Assembly: GCA_038230375.1 (NCBI GenBank)
Contig: JBBRNJ010000033.1
Coordinates: 22,232 to 86,231 of the forward strand
Source of the DNA: Polyangiales bacterium
Lineage (GTDB): Bacteria; Myxococcota_A; Polyangia; Polyangiales; Polyangiaceae
DNA: 64,000 bases
Direction of reading: 5' to 3'
Translations under genes and position numbers: made by a program
Part shown: piece by piece, positions 19,346 to 30,120 of the stretch
Layout of the letters: the number at the start of each line of letters is the position of its first letter
How positions within the stretch are numbered: position 1 is the stretch's first letter
Notes under the pieces: generated by a model
The model's input: only the letters and a program-made list of their open reading frames with translations
What the model was told of the DNA's origin: nothing
Databases searched by the model: none

Positions 19346-19496
19346 CGTCAGGCATCTCCTCGGACAACGGAGCTCACACTCACGGAAGGACCTAAGGGCA
19401 TCCCGTCGCATGGGCGAGGCCTCGCGCCCAAAAGGACGCCGCGAGGGTCCACCTATCGACGCGACATGGATACCACGAACGCCGCCGATCCAGGCC

Positions 19497-20945
19497 CTAT
19501 TTGGGTAGCTTTCCGCGGGCTTCCTCGTTCCGCTGAGCTCGCTCGGCCCTCCCGCTCACCTCACCCCGCGCGCCTGTATCGCCTCCGCTCGCCTCGGGAC
19601 GTGGGCTGGGTGCGCTTGGTAGTGGTGAGGCCCGCCCCGACATGAGCCCGCGTCCGGGATCGAGCCAGGCGGAGAGGTCCACGCTGGGAGACATGGCGAC
19701 CAGGATCGCGTCCACGGTGATCGCCGAGACCACCGTGCCGGCGGCCGCGACATGTACGCCTTCGGCGTCCCGCCACAGCAAGACACGCATGGCCTGCGTC
19801 GCGGCGGTCTGCGAGCCGGGCTCGGAGTCCAACGGATCGGGTAGCTGACCACGTGGAGAGGTCTCGAGCGGCGGCAGTAGCTCCTTCGCCTTTGCCGCGA
19901 GCATCCGAGGCTGCGAGTGCTCGTTCGTGATGCTGTCGAGCTCCGCGCGGCTCAATGACTGTGTGGCCTGTGCGTCCCACTCGTCGGTGACCGAGCCGCG
20001 TCCCGCGCGCCCCTCGTTCGTCCGCGACTTGCGGCTCTTCTTCTTTGCTCGTCCCTCCTCGGCCGTGGGCAGGGACATGGCCATGCTGCTCAGGGCTGCG
20101 GCCATCGAGTCGTGCTCGCTCGTGCGACCCAGCTCGTCGGCCGTGTTGGGAGCGTCGCGCTCGCGGTGGTCGTGATCCTCGTCCGCATGCGTGCCTGCGT
20201 CCTCGCGCGTTGACGGATCGGGTCCGCGTGGGTCTTCATCGAGCGGCGCGTCGGCCTGGGTCTTCCGCGCTTCCTCCCGCTTCGCTGCGGCGGCACGCTC
20301 GTGGTTCACGCGTGCCTCCTGGTGCGCTGCGGCGGTGCGCGCCTCGCGGGCTTCGTGATCCAGGTTGGCGCTCGAGCGGCGTCGCTTGGTCTCGATCTTC
20401 GGGCTGAGCACGCCCTTGGTTGATGACAGCGTCCGGTCCGGCCCACGTGCTGCCTGCAGCGGGCGCGGCGATTTGTCCGTGGGGCTCGCAGCCGTTGCCG
20501 GCGGAGCTGCCGAGGCCGGTCGACCCGGCATCACCGACGGCGACACTCCACGCGGCGGCACGACCGACGGGGGCGGTACGCTTCGCGTGGTCACGGGGGC
20601 GGGACTGACGGGAATGACGGAGCCCGCGCCCGGGGGCGGCGCACGGGATGAAGGCGAGTTCTGGCCCGGATGGGGAAGCTGCGGCCGTCCCGACGATGAC
20701 GACGGATCTGGTTGCGACATGCGCACGATCATCGACGCGAGATCCGCCGCCGCCTTCGCAAGCTCCAGAGCGCGATCGTCGGCCTCGGCCTCACTCGCGG
20801 CCTCTGCGCCACGACGGATCCACTTGATGGCTTCCGCGTGATCACCACGACCCCACATCGCCTCGGCCGTCGACAGCGCCCAGGAGACGTCCTCCGGATC
20901 GTTCGGCTTCGGCGTGGGGATGGAAGGAAGCTTGAAACTCTCCAC
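19497..20945 (-). CDS. Hypothetical protein: helical N-domain, long Pro/Ser-rich disordered linker, small C-domain
   Basis: 482-aa ORF co-oriented with its neighbours, with structured-looking termini. Confidence 0.7.
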   Translation of the reverse strand: MESFKLPSIPTPKPNDPEDVSWALSTAEAMWGRGDHAEAIKWIRRGAEAASEAEADDRALELAKAAADLASMIVRMSQPDPSSSSGRPQLPHPGQNSPSSRAPPPGAGSVIPVSPAPVTTRSVPPPSVVPPRGVSPSVMPGRPASAAPPATAASPTDKSPRPLQAARGPDRTLSSTKGVLSPKIETKRRRSSANLDHEAREARTAAAHQEARVNHERAAAAKREEARKTQADAPLDEDPRGPDPSTREDAGTHADEDHDHRERDAPNTADELGRTSEHDSMAAALSSMAMSLPTAEEGRAKKKSRKSRTNEGRAGRGSVTDEWDAQATQSLSRAELDSITNEHSQPRMLAAKAKELLPPLETSPRGQLPDPLDSEPGSQTAATQAMRVLLWRDAEGVHVAAAGTVVSAITVDAILVAMSPSVDLSAWLDPGRGLMSGRASPLPSAPSPRPEASGGDTGARGEVSGRAERAQRNEEARGKLPK

Positions 20946-21032
20946 GCGTCCGGGCTCCTCGCGAGACTCCTCTCAGGAGACACGGGAGAACGGACAAACG
21001 CAAGCCTTTCAGCGGAAATACGCGGGAAGGCG

Positions 21033-21494
21033 TCAGTAGTAGAGCGCGCAGTGCACGATCTCGAAGCGTGCGCTGACCTGCCTGTGTTCTCGCTCTGGTC
21101 CATCCGTGAGGGTGATGCGATAGAGCCCGGGCGGAAGCGGCGTCCCGCGCTCGTCCTGCATTCGAACGGTCACGAAGGGATCACTGTACACAGCCGGCGT
21201 CGGTACGGGATGCGCGACTGAGTTGCCATCCACGTCCGTGATGGTGAGGCCGAACGTACCGTCGTCCGCGGCCTCATGGACGAAGCCGGACGACCAGAAC
21301 GAGAGGACGGCAGGGGCGCCGTTCGTCTGTCCGATCCGCGTGGCGCGGAGCGCGATGGTGAGGGGACCAGAGGACGCGGATGCGGGCAGGTCGTCGCGCT
21401 TTTCGCCGAACGACGGGCAACGCTGTCCGCAGCCGGACAGTGAGCCGAGCGCCGCAAGAAGCAGCGGCCATGTCGCCATCGAGCGCCGCGCCAT
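21033..21494 (-). CDS. Hypothetical lipoprotein
   Basis: Signal peptide with lipobox LSGC. ATG directly abuts the plsC-like stop (TGAATG). Confidence 0.65.
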   Translation of the reverse strand: MARRSMATWPLLLAALGSLSGCGQRCPSFGEKRDDLPASASSGPLTIALRATRIGQTNGAPAVLSFWSSGFVHEAADDGTFGLTITDVDGNSVAHPVPTPAVYSDPFVTVRMQDERGTPLPPGLYRITLTDGPEREHRQVSARFEIVHCALYY

Positions 21495-22274
21495 TCAGTC
21501 TCCAAGGTGGCGACGCGCCGTGGCGACGAGCTCAGCGACCTCCGCCTGAGCGCGCTTCGTCAACGTCGCCGCGGTCGCATCGGCGAGGAAGGGAGAACCG
21601 ACCGCGAGCACGACCCGGGTGGGCCTGGGCGCAGCGCTCATCCTCGAGAGATGTGCCAGGAACGTCTCGCCGAAGAACTGCGCGCCCGAGCCCTTCTCGT
21701 ACGCCACCCCGAACGGCAGCACTTCGCAGCCGGCAGCGCGCGCAGCAACGAATGCGCCGCGGTGGAACGGGCGGATCTCGTCGCCCATGAACGTGGTGCC
21801 TTCGGGAAAGACGTTCACAGTCTCCCCGCGTTCGAGCTCGGACTGCATGGTCCGGATCGCTGCGACGCCGCTCTGCGCGCTCTTGCGATCGACGAAGATG
21901 GTGCCCACGGAGCGCGCTGCCGGACCCACGACCGGCCATCGGGCGATGTCGGCGCGCGAGACCATCTTGCCGCCCACCACATTGAGCAGGATACCGATGT
22001 CGATCGCCGACCTGTGGTTCGACACGACGAGCCGCCCGAGCTCCGCGCCAGCGTCGTTACGCCCATGTGCGGGGACGGTGCCTACGACCTCGAGGCGGAT
22101 CGAGAAGAGCGAGAGCAAGAGCGAGCTCCAGCGACTGACCCATCGATCGCGCGTATCCGTGTCCCCTGCGCCGAGTATGTGCGTGTGGAGGTAGAACGGC
22201 GGCAGCATGGCCGCTGTGAGGCCGACGAAGCCCGACGCGCGCGCGACCTTCCGGAGCGTTCCGCGGACCTCCAT
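21495..22274 (-). CDS. Lysophospholipid / 1-acyl-sn-glycerol-3-phosphate acyltransferase (PlsC family)
   Basis: SNHRSAID (NHxxxxD), IFVDR, VFPEGT. Confidence 0.9.
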   Translation of the reverse strand: MEVRGTLRKVARASGFVGLTAAMLPPFYLHTHILGAGDTDTRDRWVSRWSSLLLSLFSIRLEVVGTVPAHGRNDAGAELGRLVVSNHRSAIDIGILLNVVGGKMVSRADIARWPVVGPAARSVGTIFVDRKSAQSGVAAIRTMQSELERGETVNVFPEGTTFMGDEIRPFHRGAFVAARAAGCEVLPFGVAYEKGSGAQFFGETFLAHLSRMSAAPRPTRVVLAVGSPFLADATAATLTKRAQAEVAELVATARRHLGD

Positions 22275-23383
22275 CAGAGGAGCCTCCGGAACACGAGCGC
22301 AAGCCGCTCTGTCGCGCGTGTGAGCAGGCCGCGCTCCGAGAAGTGGGTGAGGTCGATCCTGCGCGCGATCTTCGCGTCCGCGTCGAACGAGTGCTCGCGC
22401 ACGTAGGTGGCGAAGGTAGCGTCCTCCACGGCGACGTTGAGCTCGAGGTTCTTGCGCAGCGAGCGCTCGTCCAGGTTGTAGCTACCGATGGTCACCCATG
22501 CGTCGTCGATGATGGCGGTCTTCTGATGCATCATGGGGCCCGGCAGAGCGTAGATCTCCACACCACGCCGGAGAAGCCGCTCGAGGAGCCCGTTCTGCGC
22601 GTATCGCAGGAGCGGAATGTCGGACCGTTCCGGCACCATGATGCGCACGCGGACGTCGTGCCTTCTTGCGGCCAGGAGCGCGCGCATGACGATGAAGTCG
22701 GGCACGAAGTAGGGGTTCGCGATGTCCACGCTCTTCTCGGCGCGCCGGATGCGACGAACGTAGGCGCGGTGGATGCGGTGCCTGCGATTTCGGCTCGACA
22801 GCACGGAGACGCGACGGGTGGGTTGCCTGGGGATGGGAGACAGACCGGGCGGGTTGCGCTCGCGCGTCAGCCGGTGCCAGGTGCCATAGAAGAACGTGCG
22901 CAGCTCGGCCGCTGTCTGTCCGACCACCTCGATCATGTCATCGCGCCAGCCTTCACCGCCGGCCTCGATCGGGGCCCATTGCTTCGCCAGGTTCACGCCG
23001 CCGGTGATCGCACGCTCGCCGTCCACCACGAGGAGCTTGCGGTGATCGCGCACCTCCACCACGCCCAGCGTCCAAGGAGAGATGGTGTTGTACTCGCGCA
23101 CGAGGCCACCGCGCGCAAGGAGCGGGGCGAAGAACGGCAAGCCGATCGCGAGGCTGCCCACAGCGTCGAAGACCACGCGCACCATGACGCCGCGGGTTGC
23201 CGCGTCCGTCAGCGCACCGACGAAAGCGTGCCCCACGATGTCATCGCCGATCCAGTACATCTCGAGCAGGATCTCGTGCTGCGCGGAAGCGATCGCCGCG
23301 AGCATGGCGACGAGCGATTGCTTGCCATCGAGCAACAAGCGGACCTGCTCGTCGTCGACCATGAAGTAACGCGGCTCTTCCAT
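22274..23383 (-). CDS. Cardiolipin synthase, ClsB-like phospholipase D family
   Basis: Two HKD motifs (HRKLLVVD, HQKTAIID), PYFVP, GSYNLD.RS. No N-terminal TM helices. Confidence 0.9.
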   Translation of the reverse strand: MEEPRYFMVDDEQVRLLLDGKQSLVAMLAAIASAQHEILLEMYWIGDDIVGHAFVGALTDAATRGVMVRVVFDAVGSLAIGLPFFAPLLARGGLVREYNTISPWTLGVVEVRDHRKLLVVDGERAITGGVNLAKQWAPIEAGGEGWRDDMIEVVGQTAAELRTFFYGTWHRLTRERNPPGLSPIPRQPTRRVSVLSSRNRRHRIHRAYVRRIRRAEKSVDIANPYFVPDFIVMRALLAARRHDVRVRIMVPERSDIPLLRYAQNGLLERLLRRGVEIYALPGPMMHQKTAIIDDAWVTIGSYNLDERSLRKNLELNVAVEDATFATYVREHSFDADAKIARRIDLTHFSERGLLTRATERLALVFRRLL

Positions 23384-23384
23384 G

Positions 23385-25745
23385 TCAGCGGTCCCGTCTC
23401 GAGCGCAGCGCGACGATCACCAGCCGCGAATCAGCCCACATCTTGGCCCCCATGCCTCGCATTGCCTCTGGGGTCTCGGGTGGCTCTGGGTCTCGGTCGC
23501 GGAACAACGTCAGCACGCGCTGGCGAGGCTCCTTTGCGCGAGCGAACCTCTCGTCCTTGCGTCGCGCGAAGGCCTGCGCGGCCTGCTCGTCCGTGAGGGC
23601 GCCCTGCGCGAAGCGCGCGAACAGTGATCGCGCCTGTGCGACCGCCGCGTCCAGCGCCCCGTCGGCGGTGACGATGCGAACCACGACGGCAGAGGCGCGC
23701 GGTGACCCGAGGAGGCGCGCGCTAGTCTCTCTCGCGAGCCCGCCGCCCATCGCCTTCGCGAGCAGACCGTCGGGACCGGAGAGAAGGGCGACCCAGGCCT
23801 CTGCAAGCGGGTAGCTCTGCGCGTCTGGTACCTGCACGGAGAGGAAGACCTCGGACGGTCCAGGCGTCGCGCGCGGCGCCGAGTAGGTGCCTGGATGCTC
23901 CGACTCCGGAGGCGCGAGCGGCTCGCATGTGCGTGTCTCGCCGCGCGAAGGAAGCCATCGATCCGCGGCGCGTCCTGCGGCGCGTGTCTGCTCGTCGTTG
24001 TCGTTCGCGAGCACGGCGAGGCGCACGGGGCCTCGGCGCAGCGCGGACACCTTGGTGCTCAGCGCAACGTCGGAGGCTCTTCCGAGCGCGTCTGGTGCGC
24101 CTGTCGGCACGAGCCACGACAGGTGCCCCGGGCTCACCTCGGACGCGAGCTCGGCCAGCGCGCGCGTCTCGTCGCCTTCGGAAGCGGCGTATGCACCACG
24201 CAGAGCGCGCTCTGCACGCTCGCGCGACATCGGCTCGCCAAGGAACGGGCGCGCCGCCACGTCCACGAGGCGACGGGCGTGCACGAGCGGCGGCTCCCCC
24301 GGAAGTGGCGCGCCGTGAACAAGCAGCCCGACGGCATCCGGTGTGGCGATGGGCTCCACGAAGACACCAGGCACACCATCAGGCGCGAGCGCAGACACCG
24401 CCGCGAAGGTCACGCCAGCGTCCGTGTTGGACTCGAGCATGGTGCCGCAGGGTGAGCCCAGGAAGAGCCACAGCTCGCCCTGACCGTGCTCCACCTTGCC
24501 GCGCACCTCCACGACGGCCGTCTTCTGCGCCTTGCGTGCAAGGGCGAGGGCTGCCTCGAGCTCGTCGGCCGCGATCGTCTGACCGCGCGCGCTCGGGACC
24601 GCGACCCGCGCGAACGCAAGCGTCGGCTCCGGGCTTTCGCGGGAGAGCGACAGCCAGGCAGCAGCTTCAGCCGCGACGCCCACGTCCGACAGCCTGCGCA
24701 CCGCGCGGTCGTCCGGCTTTGCGGCGAAGCCCGAGCCGACAACGAGATCAATCTCCTCTTCCGCGACTGTGATGCCCCTGGCCACGAGCTGCTCGGGCGT
24801 GCGACCCAGCTCCGAGAACGCGAGATCGATCGCGAGGCAGCCGCCCACGATGTTCGCCGTGGCGGTGATGTCGCGCACGCGAACTCCGCCGTCGAGCGCT
24901 GCGATACGAGCCGCGAGCGGCGAGCTCTCCAGACGTTCCACCACGGCGAGCGCCTCGAGCGACGAGCCGAACTGCCGGGCGATCACGGCGTGGGTATCCC
25001 TGGCGGTGCTCTCTGCCTCGAACACGGCGAACGGCGCGATCGCAGCGCGCGCACCCGTGGGCGCGCTCGGATCTGCAGAGAGCGCTCGTGCGTGCGCGAG
25101 CGCATCGGTCAGTGCGACGATGGACGGCCGCGAACCGACCACGGCAAGCGCGACGCGCGCACGCACGTGGCTTCGCGCGCGGAGTGACTCCAGCGCCTCG
25201 AGGTCGACGTCCTTGTCACGCGCGGCTGCACGAGGAGCACCCAGGCACCGCGCCACCGGCTCCTCCGCGACGGATACGAGCGGCAGTGCGAGCACCGCGG
25301 CGGTCTTCGTGCGCGCTGCCGGCATGTCGTCCGGGCCGATGGGCGTCCCGAGCGCCGCGAAGGTCGCCGTGACGAACGCGCGCGCTCCATCGGGCGATGT
25401 CACGGTGGCGCGCACGCGATACCCCTCCGCGCCAGCGCTCGCCGTTGCGTCGGAGATCCCCATCGCGCGCAGTCGCCGCTCCATCACGCCGGACAACGCG
25501 GCGGCCCCGAGCACGGCCGCGTCGCCTCTGGCCGCCACCGCCACCGCGAGCGCCACACCACCCGCGGGATCACCGTCACGCTCCACCGACGTGAGCGGCA
25601 CGCCGCTCGGGGACATCTCGTGCCCGGACACACCAGATGCGGAGGTGGCATTCCGCGCGTCCTTCGCCGGCCCGCATGCCAGCAAAGCTGTCGCCACCAC
25701 AAGAATGAGCGGGGCGCGGGGCGTTGGCTTGCGAGAGGCCTTCAC
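23385..25745 (-). CDS. Large hypothetical lipoprotein (possibly inactive M16-peptidase-like fold)
   Basis: GTG 25745 overlaps the upstream stop (GTGA). Lipobox LLAC. No HxxEH seen, so the fold assignment is weak. Confidence 0.65.
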   Translation of the reverse strand: MKASRKPTPRAPLILVVATALLACGPAKDARNATSASGVSGHEMSPSGVPLTSVERDGDPAGGVALAVAVAARGDAAVLGAAALSGVMERRLRAMGISDATASAGAEGYRVRATVTSPDGARAFVTATFAALGTPIGPDDMPAARTKTAAVLALPLVSVAEEPVARCLGAPRAAARDKDVDLEALESLRARSHVRARVALAVVGSRPSIVALTDALAHARALSADPSAPTGARAAIAPFAVFEAESTARDTHAVIARQFGSSLEALAVVERLESSPLAARIAALDGGVRVRDITATANIVGGCLAIDLAFSELGRTPEQLVARGITVAEEEIDLVVGSGFAAKPDDRAVRRLSDVGVAAEAAAWLSLSRESPEPTLAFARVAVPSARGQTIAADELEAALALARKAQKTAVVEVRGKVEHGQGELWLFLGSPCGTMLESNTDAGVTFAAVSALAPDGVPGVFVEPIATPDAVGLLVHGAPLPGEPPLVHARRLVDVAARPFLGEPMSRERAERALRGAYAASEGDETRALAELASEVSPGHLSWLVPTGAPDALGRASDVALSTKVSALRRGPVRLAVLANDNDEQTRAAGRAADRWLPSRGETRTCEPLAPPESEHPGTYSAPRATPGPSEVFLSVQVPDAQSYPLAEAWVALLSGPDGLLAKAMGGGLARETSARLLGSPRASAVVVRIVTADGALDAAVAQARSLFARFAQGALTDEQAAQAFARRKDERFARAKEPRQRVLTLFRDRDPEPPETPEAMRGMGAKMWADSRLVIVALRSRRDR

Positions 25746-26527
25746 TCCGCGACGAGATCGGCCTTCGATCGCGGCGCGATGTGCAGGTTGTAGAAGTACG
25801 TGATGATGCCGGTGATGCTCTTGAACTTCTGCCCCTGCGGGTAGGCGTCCAGCTGGACGAGCTCGTTCGTGAGCGTGGGGATCTCCGCGCCGGCCTCCGC
25901 CGTGGTGAGCGCCGCGCTTGCACGTCCCTTGGAGAAGGCGATGGCGGTGGCGAGCGTCACGTCCGTGATCGTGACGAGCTGCCCCATCCATTTGCGGCCC
26001 GTGGCGAACGTATTGAGATCGTGCCAGTCGATGGGCGTGGGGTCGGGCGATTTGTACTCGAAGCGGAACGTGCCGGTGGGGTGCGCAAGCTGGGTGAGCA
26101 CGTCACCCACGGGGAACGTCACGGTCGTGCCGAGCGTCGCGTTCTCCTGGTACTGGCCCGCGAGATCGAGCACGTCGCCGGGGCCGACGACCAGGCTGCT
26201 CGGCACGAAGGTAGGCGCGAACAATCCGATCCCCGCGAAGGGGGCATGGGACTCCAGGTCCTGGACGTAGATCGTGCCGCGGCTCTTGCCGTCCGTGGTC
26301 TCGTCGAACTGATCGACGAATGTCACCACGACGCCCGTGACCTGCACGTTGGCGTTGGCCTTGGCGTGCGTCTTCTTGCCCGGGTCCGAGATGTCCGAGA
26401 CGTGCGGCCCTGCGCCGGCCGCATTGGGAGCGGGCGGCGTGGGAGGGTCGTTGTCGCTGCTGCGGCTACCGCAGGCCGCGGCAAGGACAAGGAGGATGGC
26501 GGCCGGGGCCAGGAGCCAGGAGCGCAT
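25742..26527 (-). CDS. Lipoprotein with OB-fold-like domains (extracellular nuclease accessory type)
   Basis: Lipobox AAAC. VQVTGVVVT..IYVQD..GIGLF..GDVLDLAG.Y.E and SITGIITYFYN..IAPRS.ADL resemble the OB domains of secreted nucleases. Confidence 0.7.
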   Translation of the reverse strand: MRSWLLAPAAILLVLAAACGSRSSDNDPPTPPAPNAAGAGPHVSDISDPGKKTHAKANANVQVTGVVVTFVDQFDETTDGKSRGTIYVQDLESHAPFAGIGLFAPTFVPSSLVVGPGDVLDLAGQYQENATLGTTVTFPVGDVLTQLAHPTGTFRFEYKSPDPTPIDWHDLNTFATGRKWMGQLVTITDVTLATAIAFSKGRASAALTTAEAGAEIPTLTNELVQLDAYPQGQKFKSITGIITYFYNLHIAPRSKADLVAE

Positions 26528-26577
26528 GGGGCTCGTTCTAGCGGCAAACGGCCGAAGGGCAAAGCCGCAATTTCAAC

Positions 26578-27228
26578 TCACGCAGCGGCAGCCGTGAACG
26601 CCACGCCGAGCTTCGCCTGGATCTTGTGCTTCTTGGTGTAGACGGTCTTCACGCTGATCTGGAGCTTCTCGGCGATCTGCTCGGGGCTCATGTTCTCGAC
26701 GAAGTACATGTGGGCGAACGCGCGGTCCTTCTCGGAGAAGTCGGCGAGCGCCTGCGTGCAGAGCTCGGCCCGCTCCTTCCGGCTGGTCTCGTCGAACGGG
26801 GAGGGCTCCTCGCTCTCGACCTCGAGCGCGCCGTCACCCATGACGTCATTGGAGGGCTGGCGGCGGATCGAGCGGAGGTGGTCGTGCGCGGCGTTCGTCG
26901 CGAGCATCCCAATGAACGTCCCGAGCTTGCAGCCGCGTGCGGGGTCGAACGCACGGAGCTTGTGCATGTCGTTCGACACGAGCGAGAGGTAGAACGTGGC
27001 GCGGACCTCGCGCGCATCTTCCTCGGAAACGCGGCGACCGAACTTGCGGAGGACGCGGCCGATGCACGCGCAGGCGAGACGGTCGTAGCGCGACTGGAAC
27101 ACGATCCAGGCGGCGTGCTCGTTCATGAGGAGGCCTTCGAGCAGACCGAGCTCGGTCTCGTAGGGGTTCTGGTTCTGGCTGCGAACACCGAAGAAACCGC
27201 TATCACGTCCGCGAATTTGCTCGTTCAT
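26578..27228 (-). CDS. ECF-type RNA polymerase sigma-70 factor
   Basis: Region 2 (AW..F..RY..EDARE..F..A.NAAHDHLR) and region 4 HTH (MSPEQIAEKLQISVKTVYTKKHKI). Start at ATG 27228. Confidence 0.9.
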   Translation of the reverse strand: MNEQIRGRDSGFFGVRSQNQNPYETELGLLEGLLMNEHAAWIVFQSRYDRLACACIGRVLRKFGRRVSEEDAREVRATFYLSLVSNDMHKLRAFDPARGCKLGTFIGMLATNAAHDHLRSIRRQPSNDVMGDGALEVESEEPSPFDETSRKERAELCTQALADFSEKDRAFAHMYFVENMSPEQIAEKLQISVKTVYTKKHKIQAKLGVAFTAAAA

Positions 27229-27313
27229 GACCGCCACCGCCTTCGAAGGTATGTTCAGCAGGAGGTGTGCCACCGGCGCTGATCGTCGGAAACGCGGATA
27301 TTCCGGCAAAAAC

Positions 27314-27435
27314 GGGTGACGTAACACCCGAGGCCTCCGTAACAACCACCGTCACGCGGCGTAACAACGGCCCTTCGTTACGGTGCTCGTTACGCTCCGG
27401 GCAGCTGTTACGTCGTCCGTCTGGAGACCGTTACG
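27314..27435. promoter_or_regulatory. Array of CGTAAC/GTTACG boxes upstream of the ECF sigma gene
   Basis: CGTAAC at 27320, 27338 and 27360 (plus CGTCAC at 27350). Reverse complement GTTACG at 27377, 27389, 27407 and 27430. Confidence 0.65.
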
Positions 27436-27970
27436 GTGCGATCTCGACCGCGACGGGGGCGACCTTGTTCTTGAAGTCCTTCGCGTAGCCCACGTAGAGG
27501 GAGCCGGCCTCGCGGATGCGGTCGCGGTCCGCATGGGTCAGCTGGCGGACCACCTTTGCGGGGCGTCCCATCGCAAGCGTTCCCGACGGCACGCGTCCAC
27601 CAGGTGGCAGGAGCGATCCCGCAGCGAGCATCGCGTCCGATTCGATGACGGCACCATCCAGCACGACGCTGCCCATGCCCACGAGCACGCGATCGCCGAC
27701 GGTGCATCCGTGGAGCAAGACCATGTGGCCGACGGTCACGTCGTCGCCGATGGTGGTGCTCGCGGAGCCTCCCGTGACGTGCACCACGGAGCCGTCCTGG
27801 ATGTTGGTGCGCGCGCCGATGCGAATGGGGAACACGTCACCGCGGAGGACCGTGGAGAACCAGATGCTGGAGTCCTCACCGATGACAACGTCACCGATGA
27901 CGCTGGCGCTCTCTGCCACGTACACCCGTGCACCCAGGGTGGGGATCACGTCACCGTGTCGAAAGATCAT
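27431..27970 (-). CDS. Gamma carbonic anhydrase family protein (YrdA-like)
   Basis: VIGDV.IG..SSIW..VLRGD..IG..TNIQDGSVVH..TVGH..LHGC hexapeptide repeats with His ligands. Confidence 0.95.
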   Translation of the reverse strand: MIFRHGDVIPTLGARVYVAESASVIGDVVIGEDSSIWFSTVLRGDVFPIRIGARTNIQDGSVVHVTGGSASTTIGDDVTVGHMVLLHGCTVGDRVLVGMGSVVLDGAVIESDAMLAAGSLLPPGGRVPSGTLAMGRPAKVVRQLTHADRDRIREAGSLYVGYAKDFKNKVAPVAVEIAP

Positions 27971-27979
27971 GGGGCGAGC

Positions 27980-29443
<1,464 letters not shown>

Positions 29444-29500
29444 CTGCGCCGGGCCATACCACGGCCCTCGGGAGTCGTGCTAGGTCCGTCTCCCCCGTCG

Positions 29501-30022
29501 ATGGCCAACGAGCGCGCCCACCCCAGAACGAAGCTTCATCTGTCCGCGCTCTGCTCCTTCGCGCTGGCAGTGCCCGCGTTCGCGTCGATCGCCTGCGGAA
29601 AGAGGACCGACGAGCGCTCCAGCGCCACCACGACGTCATCCGCCATGGCGAGCAGCGGCCACGCAACCTGCAACATGATCCCGGTCGCCGGCAAGTGCGA
29701 GGAGTACGCGAAGGAGGACCCGCTCGGGATGGCGAAGAGCCTCTGCGAAGGGTTCAAGGGCGTGTACTCGAACGCCGCGTGTCCATCGGAGCCGCTGGTC
29801 GGGACCTGCGCCATGAAGGGGGAGGACCGCAAGCGGTACTACGTGACGAAGGACGAGCTCACGTCGTTCTCTCCGGAGGACGCGCGCAAGGACTGCGAGA
29901 GCGATCTCGTGCAGGGGAAGTTCACCGCGGTCGCGAACCCTCCGAAGAAGCCAGTGAGCGCTCCATCTGGGAGCGCGTCCGCCATGCCATCGCCGACAGC
30001 CGCGTCCACCAAGCGCCGCTGA
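29501..30022 (+). CDS. Hypothetical Cys-containing lipoprotein
   Basis: Lipobox SIAC and paired Cys residues (C.EY..C..C..GTC..C). Confidence 0.7.
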   Translation: MANERAHPRTKLHLSALCSFALAVPAFASIACGKRTDERSSATTTSSAMASSGHATCNMIPVAGKCEEYAKEDPLGMAKSLCEGFKGVYSNAACPSEPLVGTCAMKGEDRKRYYVTKDELTSFSPEDARKDCESDLVQGKFTAVANPPKKPVSAPSGSASAMPSPTAASTKRR

Positions 30023-30120
30023 GTCGATCGCGAAGAGGCAACTGCAAGTCTTGCGCGGGGTTAGAGCCTGCGCGACTCCGCATCGACACCCGCGTGAATC
30101 GGGGTACCATCGCTACTGCC

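Noticed and set aside
19346..19496. Possible sucA leader RNA motif (GC hairpin near 19412-19429)
   Set aside because: Short GC hairpins are expected at this base composition, and there is no recognisable family match by eye.
27314..27435. CGTAAC array as a mini-CRISPR or iteron origin
   Set aside because: Repeats are only 6-9 nt, irregularly spaced and in both orientations. No cas or rep gene and no AT-rich unwinding region.
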